64,000 nt of DNA from Prochlorococcus sp. AG-388-A04 (GCA_003279935.1 QCGL01000009.1:3061-67060), one strand, 5' to 3'. Positions 1 through 8,575 are shown, counted from the stretch's first letter. Notes: generated by a model from the sequence alone, not told the origin. Made by a program: numbers and translations.

Positions 1-147
1 TTTGGAAAGATACCTATTTGGAATTGACCTAGGTTATTGGTTAGAGGAATTATTAAAATTCTTGTCATATGAGATACCCAAAGAGTTCTTTAAATATGTG
101 CCAATATTCTTTTTTTTGAAATATATTTGGATTAAAAGATAAATAAT

Positions 148-690
148 TTAGAGAGACTCAATAAATTCTTGAAACCTTTCAAATAAGACATTGTCTTTAA
201 TTCTTCTAAGAATAAATAAAGTTCCTTTATCACCCCTGCAAATTCTAAGATTTTTGCTTAAAAAAGTAATTTCTAACCATCCTTTTTGTTCTTTTTGAAT
301 CTTAGTTAAAGCGTTTATTTTCCTTATTCCAATATAAGGTCCAATTATTCCAGCATGAGTAAAACTAACACCAATTTTCTTTTCATTTAAAGAACTCAAT
401 TTTGCTACTATTCCTGTTCCAACAATTGAATTAATCCCTCTGGGCTTGAGTAAATTCAAACCATTTAGATTTAATGGATCAAGAATTTGAAGGTTATCAA
501 CTAGAGGAGAGTAATTTAGAAATGGAGCTTTTGAACTACTCCATCTAAGCTCCCATATTCCTTCTAACTTATTAATATCATTGCTAAGGGTAAATTTTGA
601 TTCGTTCTCTAGTTCTTCAGCCATATTTTTAATCTTTTTTGTTTTAGGACTTGAAAGGATTAAGCCCATTAATTGTTGTTCTAAATTCAT
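148..690 (-). CDS. PAP/fibrillin family protein
   Basis: 180 aa; LEGIWELRWSS and GWLEITFLSKNLRICRGDKGTLFIL match the fibrillin lipocalin-like motifs. Confidence 0.85.
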   Translation of the reverse strand: MNLEQQLMGLILSSPKTKKIKNMAEELENESKFTLSNDINKLEGIWELRWSSSKAPFLNYSPLVDNLQILDPLNLNGLNLLKPRGINSIVGTGIVAKLSSLNEKKIGVSFTHAGIIGPYIGIRKINALTKIQKEQKGWLEITFLSKNLRICRGDKGTLFILRRIKDNVLFERFQEFIESL

Positions 691-768
691 TTAAAAAGAT
701 TTACAAAATAACTTAAGCAAAAATACTTACGTTGATGTGCTATATTCTACTGAAATTGTTTTGATTTC

Positions 769-1053
769 ATGACAAAGAGTTACTGGCTTAAGAAAATATC
801 TATTCCAAATGCTGATTTGTTTCTCGAATATATAAGGACAGTCTTGCCATGGATAAGATCTGTAGGTGGGGTTGTAGTAAAAAAAGATATTACCCAAGAT
901 TCCAACTCACACAAATGGGATGGAGGCCAACTAGGGATGGTAATTGAATTTGAATCTAAGATAGCTGCAAAAAGAGCTTTTTATTCAGATGTATTTCAAA
1001 ACTATTTGAAATCGAGAGATTTAATGGAACTAGTGACAATAAGCACTCTTTAG
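769..1053 (+). CDS. DUF1330-like small ferredoxin-fold protein
   Basis: 94 aa; Y...V.P.I...GG and VIEFES..AA..FYS..YQ pattern. Confidence 0.7.
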   Translation: MTKSYWLKKISIPNADLFLEYIRTVLPWIRSVGGVVVKKDITQDSNSHKWDGGQLGMVIEFESKIAAKRAFYSDVFQNYLKSRDLMELVTISTL

Positions 1054-1220
1054 TATTAAAAAAGTTAAATCTCTCAAAATAATATCTGCCGACTAAAAAC
1101 ATAAAAATCAATTTTCGAGACTAAGTATTTATTACTAGTAATCATTTTATGTAATGGTTATAACTTCATTACTTATGAAATATTTAGCAAAATCTAAGAT
1201 AATTATAAAAATTAAATTAA

Positions 1221-1400
1221 ATGAATTACTCTACGGAACAAGAAGACTATTTAATGACAACCCCATATACAAAAAAAATTCAAAAAAAATTTAAGGAAGT
1301 TAAAAATTATCTTGAGAAAAATGGATTTAACTCATCTTCCCAAGGACTAATGCAGGATATTATTAGTTCTCAAGAATATATTTCGAAAAATGATTTATGA
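1221..1400 (+). CDS. small hypothetical protein (59 aa, below track cutoff)
   Basis: Hand translation MNYSTEQEDYLMTTPYTKKIQKKFKEVKNYLEKNGFNSSSQGLMQDIISSQEYISKNDL; ATG 1221, TGA 1398-1400. Confidence 0.45.
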   Translation: MNYSTEQEDYLMTTPYTKKIQKKFKEVKNYLEKNGFNSSSQGLMQDIISSQEYISKNDL

Positions 1401-1413
1401 AAAAATATTTTTT

Positions 1414-1584
1414 TCATAGCGTTTTAAAATAATAAATCCCACCTATTAAGAACGGTAATAATATCCCTAAGAATAATAGAAAAGATTTTTTAGATTCTCC
1501 CTGTGTTATTGGATTAATTTCTGGTTCAATTGCAAATCCATTTTGTCTTCCACCACTTTCAGTTGTATATCCTTTTTTATTCAT
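1414..1584 (-). CDS. Ssl1498/Psb34-family PSII assembly-like protein (56 aa)
   Basis: Hand translation MNKKGYTTESGGRQNGFAIEPEINPITQGESKKSFLLFLGILLPFLIGGIYYFKTL; YTTE.GGR.N.FAIEP family motif plus one C-terminal TM helix. Confidence 0.75.
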   Translation of the reverse strand: MNKKGYTTESGGRQNGFAIEPEINPITQGESKKSFLLFLGILLPFLIGGIYYFKTL

Positions 1585-1671
1585 AAAAAAAAAATTTCAT
1601 ATGATTATCGCATGTATTTTTTTTTATTTAAATAAATTTTACATTTAGAAAATTTTTTAATTTTCTATAAA

Positions 1672-1806
1672 TTATAAGTTAATTTCAATTTTGGATTTTA
1701 ATTTAGCAGCTTTTTTAAGTAAACCAACAATTTCTTTTCTACCATTGGCTTGTTCTGCTCTATCAATTAAGTCACAATATTTTTTTGTAATTTCTCTATG
1801 GTTCAT
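1672..1806 (-). CDS. small hypothetical protein (44 aa)
   Basis: Hand translation MNHREITKKYCDLIDRAEQANGRKEIVGLLKKAAKLKSKIEINL; helical, resembles conserved Prochlorococcus small proteins (from recall). Confidence 0.6.
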   Translation of the reverse strand: MNHREITKKYCDLIDRAEQANGRKEIVGLLKKAAKLKSKIEINL

Positions 1807-1898
1807 TAATCTAAATTTATTATTTACATTATAAAAATAGAATTAATATTTTTTTGTATAAAAGATATCACAATCGTTTTTAAATTCTCTTAAATTGT

Positions 1899-2201
1899 CT
1901 ACCTAAACCATCCTTTCTTTTTCGGTTCTTCTACAACTTTTACTGGTTCTACTTTATTACCAAATAATCCCTTTTTCTTTGGTTTCATATCCTCAGTTAT
2001 CAGTTCTTTTTTTCTACCAAATAATCCTTGCTTCTTAGGTCTATCCTTTAAATCTTTTTTCTGATTTACTTTTTTAACAGGAGATTTAGATTTATTCTGT
2101 ATTGATTTTTTACCATCTGATAAAAGCTGATAGACAAAATATCCAAAAACACCAAAAAATCCTATTGCTTGGACTAAGGCGGTACCGATATTATCAAACA
2201 T
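1899..2201 (-). CDS. hypothetical membrane protein with Lys-rich repeated tail
   Basis: N-terminal TM (ALVQAIGFFGVFGYFVYQLL), then repeats KKQGLFG / KKKGLFG / KKKGWF. Confidence 0.7.
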   Translation of the reverse strand: MFDNIGTALVQAIGFFGVFGYFVYQLLSDGKKSIQNKSKSPVKKVNQKKDLKDRPKKQGLFGRKKELITEDMKPKKKGLFGNKVEPVKVVEEPKKKGWFR

Positions 2202-2325
2202 TGGCGATTCTAGTTTTTTAATTAAGTAATCAATTAATTATGGAAAAATATTTTTATAAATGCGGAATAAAAGAATGCAGATTTATGAATTAAAAATTAA
2301 GATATGAAATTTTTTTTAAATAAAA

Positions 2326-2505
2326 CTATTTATAGTAATTAATTAGATCGATTATTAATATCGTAAGGAGAGAAATTCCCAAGATATATGGAGCAAAAGG
2401 ATATTTATTCAAGAATTGATTTAAATTACTTTTTGAATCCTTTTTTGTTACTTTCTTTTCTCTAGGCGGCAATCCTAATTCTTCTCTTCTTTTAGCTTCT
2501 CCCAT
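2326..2505 (-). CDS. DUF2839-family protein (59 aa)
   Basis: Hand translation begins MGEAKRREELGLPPR (family signature) and ends in a TM helix; stop TAG 2326-2328. Confidence 0.75.
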   Translation of the reverse strand: MGEAKRREELGLPPREKKVTKKDSKSNLNQFLNKYPFAPYILGISLLTILIIDLINYYK

Positions 2506-2634
2506 TTTTTCAATTACCTACTTTAAAACAAATATAATCCATATACGTTCAAAGACAAAACTTAGATACTTCCAAAATCTGATTACAGATATGATTAAAA
2601 ATTTAGTTAATATGAAAATATTAATTAAATCAAA

Positions 2635-2742
2635 ATGATAGAAATTGTTTGGTCAGTAAATATTATGGTTGCAATTTTAATTGGTGGAGTTGGCTGGGTC
2701 TTATATTATATTTTTACTTACGACCAGAAATTTACATCTTAA
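2635..2742 (+). CDS. small single-TM protein (35 aa)
   Basis: Hand translation MIEIVWSVNIMVAILIGGVGWVLYYIFTYDQKFTS; stop is 7 nt before the next ATG, so likely one operon. Confidence 0.55.
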   Translation: MIEIVWSVNIMVAILIGGVGWVLYYIFTYDQKFTS

Positions 2743-2749
2743 TATCAAA

Positions 2750-2932
2750 ATGGCTGAAAAAGATTTAGTAAATTTCCTAAAAAAAATAGAACAATTAAAC
2801 AAAATTTCAGAATTAATTAAAAATAATCCTATAAAAAAGAAAGAGTTGTCGGATTGTAAAAATCATGAAGAAGTAATTTGCTTAACATCCAAATGGGGTT
2901 TTGAAATTGGCAAAAGATGGGGAGAATATTAA
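2750..2932 (+). CDS. Nif11-like domain protein (60 aa)
   Basis: Start moved from the track GTG/TTG to ATG 2750; MAEKDLVNFLKKI...CKNHEEVICLTSKWGFEI resembles the Nif11 helical pattern. Confidence 0.6.
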   Translation: MAEKDLVNFLKKIEQLNKISELIKNNPIKKKELSDCKNHEEVICLTSKWGFEIGKRWGEY

Positions 2933-3020
2933 ACAAATTAATATCCAACCAAGAAAAAAACATTTAAGTAACACCAATACTCATAAAATAAATTAATATA
3001 AAGTTTGTAAAAATCTTATT

Positions 3021-3773
3021 ATGACTGATATTGAGGAGATAAAAAAGAAGATATATCAAATAGCAGCTATTACTGACAGGGGGCAAAGACTGAACAAATT
3101 AATTGCACCTATGTATCAAGAAAAATCGAAAGAGATGGAAAAACTTATAAATAGTCTTGAGAATTTTAATATGGAAGTTTCTGAAGAAAAATTATCTGGA
3201 GAGTGGGAATTAATTTATTCAACAGTTGAATTATTTAGAAGTTCACCGTTCTTTTTAGCTATAGAAAAAGCGTTAAATGATGAATTTAAAAGTAATCTTT
3301 TTTTTAAACTACATCAATTACAAGTTGGATCATTTGGTCTTTCTACCATTGGAAGAATTGCTCAAAATATTGATTTTGATAAAAAAGAATTTTTATCAAC
3401 ATTTGATACCACAATATTTGGGCTTACAACAATTCCAATTCTTGGTTGGTTCAAGCTTCTTCCAACTTTTGGAGGAAAAGTAATAACGCTTGCTGATGAT
3501 TTAAATTTAGAGGACAGGGTACTTAAAATGAATTTGCAGAAAACCAAAGTCTCTAAAGTAGATGGACTTAATAAAATCCCAATATTTAGCAAAATTCTTA
3601 TGGATAGATGGTATCCAGTAAAAGAAGTTTGGGAGAAACTACCTTGGAATAAGGAAATCCCTTCATGTGAAGTTACAGTAATCTATTTAGATGATGAGAT
3701 AAGAATAATGAAAGACCTCTATGGGGAAATTTTTATTTACATAAAACCAACAATATCTTTATTTAATTTTTAA
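3021..3773 (+). CDS. PAP/fibrillin family protein
   Basis: 250 aa; N-terminal AAITDRGQ, LSGEWELIYST and C-terminal YLDDEIRIMK motifs. Confidence 0.85.
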   Translation: MTDIEEIKKKIYQIAAITDRGQRLNKLIAPMYQEKSKEMEKLINSLENFNMEVSEEKLSGEWELIYSTVELFRSSPFFLAIEKALNDEFKSNLFFKLHQLQVGSFGLSTIGRIAQNIDFDKKEFLSTFDTTIFGLTTIPILGWFKLLPTFGGKVITLADDLNLEDRVLKMNLQKTKVSKVDGLNKIPIFSKILMDRWYPVKEVWEKLPWNKEIPSCEVTVIYLDDEIRIMKDLYGEIFIYIKPTISLFNF

Positions 3774-3788
3774 TTGAAAATTAAAAAT

Positions 3789-4697
3789 TTAAAAAGTAGT
3801 AATTTGAGGTCGGAAAGGAGCGGAACCAAAAAATTCAATATCAGTATTATTTCCTCCAATTAAATATCCTCCTTGTTTAACAACTAGTTTAACTTCGATT
3901 CCACTTGTAGTATCAGAAATATTGATTTGACTAGTAGGCTCGAAAATTGCTAATAGTTTAGAGACGTTTGCTTGAGAAGTTGCTTTTGCTGAAGTTGTAT
4001 TACTACAAGAATTTGCAACATGATTACAATCATTTAAGAGAATAGCTGACATTTTACCGTTATCCATTTGAAAAGCTGAACTCATTTCAGCACCATTGGC
4101 TACCGTCCAAGACCCTTCCCCCAGTCCTATATTGTCAACTTCTTCTCCATGCTCTTGGGCCGCTGAAAGTGTTTTATCAGCAGCGCCGAATGGACCAAGA
4201 TCGTCGTTGCCTTGTTTTGAGTAATAGGTAGTTCCATCAGATAATGTATAACTACCCTTTAAATTAAAGGCTGAAGAAATCAAGATATAGGCATAATTAT
4301 AATTACCGTTCGCTGGCCTATCTGGAGCCGATGATAATGCTGCTATTTTGGAGTCAGAACTACCTGGTGCAAGATCAACTTTTGTTCCATTAATATCAGA
4401 AATCATTGTTGCAATACAAGTAGATTTATCCCATATTTTTGAACCAGAAGAACCTGTTATCGGGTTTGAAGAAGAAGAACATAGGCCCATTTCATAAATA
4501 GTAATTTCATACTTTTCTGGAGTACCTAAACATTCGAACTCATCTGAAGGTTCGGCTAATGCAAGCAATTGCGAGTAGGTAGGAGGAGTGGTGGGACATT
4601 TCGGCATATCAAATTCTTCGGCTTTTGTTGATTGAATGGTAAAAACATAATTCAACGATAAGAATCCAGTAAGCATTAATTTTTTGAAATTTTTCAT
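3789..4697 (-). CDS. secreted beta-rich hypothetical protein A (paralog of 4711-5649)
   Basis: 302 aa; Sec-type signal ending STKA; 6 Cys; Ser/Thr/Gly/Asn-rich; shares motif blocks with the upstream gene. Confidence 0.8.
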   Translation of the reverse strand: MKNFKKLMLTGFLSLNYVFTIQSTKAEEFDMPKCPTTPPTYSQLLALAEPSDEFECLGTPEKYEITIYEMGLCSSSSNPITGSSGSKIWDKSTCIATMISDINGTKVDLAPGSSDSKIAALSSAPDRPANGNYNYAYILISSAFNLKGSYTLSDGTTYYSKQGNDDLGPFGAADKTLSAAQEHGEEVDNIGLGEGSWTVANGAEMSSAFQMDNGKMSAILLNDCNHVANSCSNTTSAKATSQANVSKLLAIFEPTSQINISDTTSGIEVKLVVKQGGYLIGGNNTDIEFFGSAPFRPQITTF

Positions 4698-4710
4698 TAT
4701 TAATTACTAA

Positions 4711-5649
4711 TTAAAAGGTATTAAAAGTAGGAATAAAGTCTCCTGAATATGCCCAATTTGGTTGATAAGTTGAGTCTCCAGGTCCTCCTCCTTCAACATA
4801 AAGTCCTGAACCTGATACGACAAATTTTATTTCTAAACCATTTGTCTCTTCATTTATTTTAAGACTATTATTTGATTTGAAGACACCAACAACCCTTGCA
4901 ATTGAGCTGCAGTTGGTAGCCGTTTCTAATGAACTATTAGTTACAACAGCTCTAACTACACCTTGATTAGTCCCGCTAGATACTGTCCTTTGGTAATCGA
5001 ATCTGCAAGGACTATTAACGTTAAATCCGTATTCATCAAATTCATGTGTAAAAGATTGTGCGGCAGATAATGATTTATCAAACAGACCTGGTGAATTTGT
5101 GGACCCAGGATTATCAGATGGCTTCGTATAAAAAGTCCCGCCATTGGTCTCATCAGTAGTAGTATAAGAGCCTTTAATCTTAATATTATTAGCCATAACC
5201 ATAACGAAATGAGTATATGTTCCGTTTGGTGGTCTCGTAGATGCGCTTGGTAAAGCTAAAGATTGGTTTAAGGAGGCAGCAAGATCTACGGTAACACCAT
5301 TATCTGATTCCATTGACCAGGTACAGTTAGTATCTGAAAAATTAATATCTGCATCTGTAGAGTGAAAAGGATCATCTGTACACATCCCAATTTTATATAA
5401 AGTTATTTCGTATCCATCTGGGGTAGCATAACATGCAGAATGTGGCGGTGTTGCATTAGATGAATATGTGAATGGTTTACTATGTGAAGTCCCTATTGCT
5501 GCATCACTCATATTTTGTTGATTAGATTGACAACTTACAGCGGTATTACTTTCTGACCAATCTGTTGCTTTAGATGGCTCTGTATTTAGCAATATACCTG
5601 AAATACTTAAAGGTAGTAATACTATTTTTGTTAATTGTGAGTAGTTCAT
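4711..5649 (-). CDS. secreted beta-rich hypothetical protein B (paralog of 3789-4697)
   Basis: 312 aa; signal ending PSKA; 6 Cys; CYATPDGYEITLYKIGMC aligns with CLGTPEKYEITIYEMGLC of protein A. Confidence 0.8.
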   Translation of the reverse strand: MNYSQLTKIVLLPLSISGILLNTEPSKATDWSESNTAVSCQSNQQNMSDAAIGTSHSKPFTYSSNATPPHSACYATPDGYEITLYKIGMCTDDPFHSTDADINFSDTNCTWSMESDNGVTVDLAASLNQSLALPSASTRPPNGTYTHFVMVMANNIKIKGSYTTTDETNGGTFYTKPSDNPGSTNSPGLFDKSLSAAQSFTHEFDEYGFNVNSPCRFDYQRTVSSGTNQGVVRAVVTNSSLETATNCSSIARVVGVFKSNNSLKINEETNGLEIKFVVSGSGLYVEGGGPGDSTYQPNWAYSGDFIPTFNTF

Positions 5650-5657
5650 AAAAAATT

Positions 5658-6803
5658 TTAAACTCCTTTAGCTCTGTTTTGGAAAGTACCCGCGGATCTC
5701 TCTAGGAGAACATCATATTTGCGTTTAACTGGTTGTATCATTTGTGTAATCATATTTTTCTTGTAGTTTTTCTTAGAAAAAATTACTGGGCTTCCTGTCA
5801 AATTCATCCTCAAACCGAAAAAGGTCTCATCTGTTCCAGGAAGTTTTGAATTAAGGTTGGTCGAAGCTGCTGATATCTCATTAGAAACCCAAGCTTCAAG
5901 ACCAATATGTGGACTAGCTTGCCAACTAACTGCACCTTCTAATCCAGAATTATCCTGTGTATATTTATAGTCCCAATTAAAACCTCTTACAAAAAAAGCA
6001 AGTTCAGGATTATTAGGAAGTCTGTAGCCAAGTTCTACATCCCATCCATCAACTACTCTTTCTTTATATGATGTACCATTTACAGTTACATCTTTTTCAT
6101 CAGTAATTGCTATGTACCAGTTGTTTCTTAATTCAAAATCTTTCCAAAGATATTCTCCTCCAAGACCAAGTCTGCTATGAGCATCACTATATTCAGTCAT
6201 TCTGTAGTCCCAGAAAGCATTAGCTCCAAGCATTGATACATCATTAGGACGATGTCTAATACCAAGACCTAAATTTGTAGTTGAACCATCTGCATTTGTG
6301 GCTGTAGCAAATCTTGCTTGAGAAAAAGCAAGGGTCTTAACATCACCCTCATCATCTTGAGCTAGTTCTCCTAGTTTCATCAAACTATTAATAGAGAAAC
6401 TCGTATCTGATTCTGTTCCTCCAGAAATATTAACTGTTGTTTGAGCAAAGAAAGGAATACTTTTAATTGAGCTATTAGCTGTGGAATTTATGAAATCGAA
6501 TCCAGCATCAACTAATAACCTTTTACCATCATTGATCATTAAATTAGAATATTCACTACCTTCTGCACCCTCATTCATTAAAGGAACAAACTTAGTTGAA
6601 TAAGTTGCTCCATTGATTATGTATTTATCTAATTTGTTTTTGGGAATATAAATATCTGAATTATTATTTTTGGTCAGTTTATCTAGATTGTTTATGTAGT
6701 TAGACTCACTATCAAAATTTGGGGTTGAATAAGAAGAAGGGATAAATATTCCTAAAAAGGCTGTTGATAAAAAAGCTAAGAATAATTTTGTTCTAATCAA
6801 CAT
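5658..6803 (-). CDS. inverse autotransporter (intimin/invasin-type) beta-domain protein with no passenger
   Basis: Signal peptide; NLGLGIR, GANAFWDY, HSRLGLGGEY, NNWY, GWDVE and PVKRKYDVLLE match intimin/invasin barrel and linker motifs; ends 13 aa after the linker. ATG 6803 preferred over TTG 6806. Confidence 0.8.
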   Translation of the reverse strand: MLIRTKLFLAFLSTAFLGIFIPSSYSTPNFDSESNYINNLDKLTKNNNSDIYIPKNKLDKYIINGATYSTKFVPLMNEGAEGSEYSNLMINDGKRLLVDAGFDFINSTANSSIKSIPFFAQTTVNISGGTESDTSFSINSLMKLGELAQDDEGDVKTLAFSQARFATATNADGSTTNLGLGIRHRPNDVSMLGANAFWDYRMTEYSDAHSRLGLGGEYLWKDFELRNNWYIAITDEKDVTVNGTSYKERVVDGWDVELGYRLPNNPELAFFVRGFNWDYKYTQDNSGLEGAVSWQASPHIGLEAWVSNEISAASTNLNSKLPGTDETFFGLRMNLTGSPVIFSKKNYKKNMITQMIQPVKRKYDVLLERSAGTFQNRAKGV

Positions 6804-6939
6804 CAAAAATTTTTAAAGTTATTACATTTATAAAAGATTTTTTTTGATTTAATGCTGTTTATAACAAAACTCATAGAAATCTAGTTAAATTAAGTAGTTC
6901 TACCTAGAAGTAATGTCGCGAGATCTTAATAAATAAGTT

Positions 6940-7281
6940 ATGTTCATAGTGAACATTTTAAAAATTATGCTTAAAAATAAAGAAAAAAATTCTGTAGTAA
7001 GAGGAATCTTTTTAATTGGTGGTTGGGGTTTAGGTTTAGATAGATTTTACGAAGGAGATAAAAAAGGTGGAGTATTATCGATTATTGGATGGAGTATTAC
7101 ATTTTTTACTTTCCTCTACCTTAAATGTTCTGGATATGAATATGTTGATGGTGTAAAAAATTATTCAGATTACTCCCCAAATCCTTTAATTGTTTTACCT
7201 TTGATAGCTGGAGCTTATGGAGGGTTTCTCATAATTAAAAAGGCTTTCAGGTTAGCGAAACAATTTGAAAACGCTGAGTAA
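6940..7281 (+). CDS. TM2-domain membrane protein
   Basis: GGWGLGLDRFYEGDKKGGVLSIIGW is a TM2-type GLDRFY.G motif; start may be ATG 6967. Confidence 0.65.
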   Translation: MFIVNILKIMLKNKEKNSVVRGIFLIGGWGLGLDRFYEGDKKGGVLSIIGWSITFFTFLYLKCSGYEYVDGVKNYSDYSPNPLIVLPLIAGAYGGFLIIKKAFRLAKQFENAE

Positions 7282-7296
7282 TAACCTCAAACACAT

Positions 7297-7458
7297 TCAA
7301 GATAATAGACCTGATCCTTTCAAATAAAATTTAAATAAAAGAATAACTAGTAAATTAACAATTGCTAATGCCACTAGACCATTTCTATTTTTAACATCTA
7401 ATCTTTTAATTAAATTAGAAAGATAAACGACAGGGTTTTCGGGTTCTTTATTGTCCAA
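7297..7458 (-). CDS. possible small membrane protein (53 aa, TTG start)
   Basis: Hand translation (M)DNKEPENPVVYLSNLIKRLDVKNRNGLVALAIVNLLVILLFKFYLKGSGLLS; one TM helix. Confidence 0.35.
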   Translation of the reverse strand: MDNKEPENPVVYLSNLIKRLDVKNRNGLVALAIVNLLVILLFKFYLKGSGLLS

Positions 7459-7552
7459 TATTAATAAAATAAAATTTAGATCAAATTATCATGGATTTTT
7501 TTTAAAACCCAAGAATGTAAAGTTCAAATTTCAAACAGATACCGCTAGGTCA

Positions 7553-7906
7553 TTACATTATTCCTGCATTTCTCAAGAAAGCCTTACCTATATTTCCAAT
7601 AACAAAAAATAAAGACAAATTAATCAAAAGAATGATTAATAATGCCAACATTTTATAGTTAGGATTTGATGAAATTCCATCAAATCCATCGTTTAGAAAT
7701 CTTTTAAAAAGTGAATTGTCTTTAGTTACTGTTTTATCCCCTTCTAAATCAGATTTACCTTTTTCAGCCTCAATCACTTGATTACTTGCATTTTCAAGAA
7801 ATTCAGTAAATGCTTTAACATTCTCCTCTTTATTACTTTCTTTATTTATTTCGGAAGATGATTCAATTGAATTTTTCTCTTCAGGGATTTGCTTTGACTC
7901 TTCCAA
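7553..7906 (-). CDS. hypothetical protein with acidic N-terminus and C-terminal TM
   Basis: 117-aa ORF with a C-terminal hydrophobic helix. Confidence 0.6.
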   Translation of the reverse strand: MEESKQIPEEKNSIESSSEINKESNKEENVKAFTEFLENASNQVIEAEKGKSDLEGDKTVTKDNSLFKRFLNDGFDGISSNPNYKMLALLIILLINLSLFFVIGNIGKAFLRNAGIM

Positions 7907-8086
7907 ATTTTAAATTCACGCTAGGGGTATATTACACCATAAAAAAAAACCCACTCGATCAAATGAAGAGAAGGTTAGTTAAGATTAAAGTTCTTAATCT
8001 AATAATAATTAATTTTGATGAGTTTTGCGATTAGAAATTTATTTACTAAACAAAAAGAATTTTTAAAGTAATTATTAGTATAAACT

Positions 8087-8290
8087 ATGCTTGATTCACA
8101 AACAATAAAAAACTGCAAGGAGAATCCAACAATAAGAGACCTTAAGATAAAAAATATTGAGCATGCTATTGATCAAGCAGAAATGATGATCAAAGAATCA
8201 AAAATGAATCAAGAAGATTTAAGTTTTTTGAAAAGGAAAATATCTGATTCAAGGCAGGATCTGGAGATTCTTTATTTGATGAAAATTTAA
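8087..8290 (+). CDS. hypothetical helical protein
   Basis: 67 aa, ATG start, coiled-coil-like composition. Confidence 0.6.
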   Translation: MLDSQTIKNCKENPTIRDLKIKNIEHAIDQAEMMIKESKMNQEDLSFLKRKISDSRQDLEILYLMKI

Positions 8291-8381
8291 ATAAATAAAT
8301 GCTTTTCAAAATTAAGTTTTAGTATATTTGGAGACTTAATAATGTATAGAATAATGATTATATTTTAAAAAAAATAACATT

Positions 8382-8483
8382 ATGTCAAAGAAAAGTTTTT
8401 ATATACCGATAAAAGTAGTTCCATATATATTTGTCTCAATTGCTGCTATTACTATTGCTGCTACTACAAATATAATTATTTAG
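8382..8483 (+). CDS. small hydrophobic protein (33 aa)
   Basis: Hand translation MSKKSFYIPIKVVPYIFVSIAAITIAATTNIII. Confidence 0.4.
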   Translation: MSKKSFYIPIKVVPYIFVSIAAITIAATTNIII

Positions 8484-8575
8484 TACTTAACTACATTGTT
8501 TATGAATAATATATATAAAGTAATTCAATAGGATATATTAATTAATCAAAAAAATTAGATTAGAACAATAAATAC

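Noticed and set aside
1-68. Minus-strand ORF start (MTRILIIPLTNNLGQFQIGIFP...) running off the window edge
   Set aside because: Only 22 codons are visible; cannot be told from chance
1585-1594. A10 run just upstream of the Psb34-like start as a phase-variation tract
   Set aside because: Long A/T runs are frequent throughout this AT-rich window; nothing marks this one out
2750-2932. Nif11-like protein as a prochlorosin-type RiPP precursor
   Set aside because: No double-glycine cleavage site, no Cys/Ser/Thr-rich core, and no lanthipeptide synthetase or transporter in the window
6807-6939. Zur box controlling the barrel operon (by analogy with zinc-regulated ZirTS)
   Set aside because: No match to the palindrome at 14674 was found, so there is no sequence evidence linking the operon to zinc
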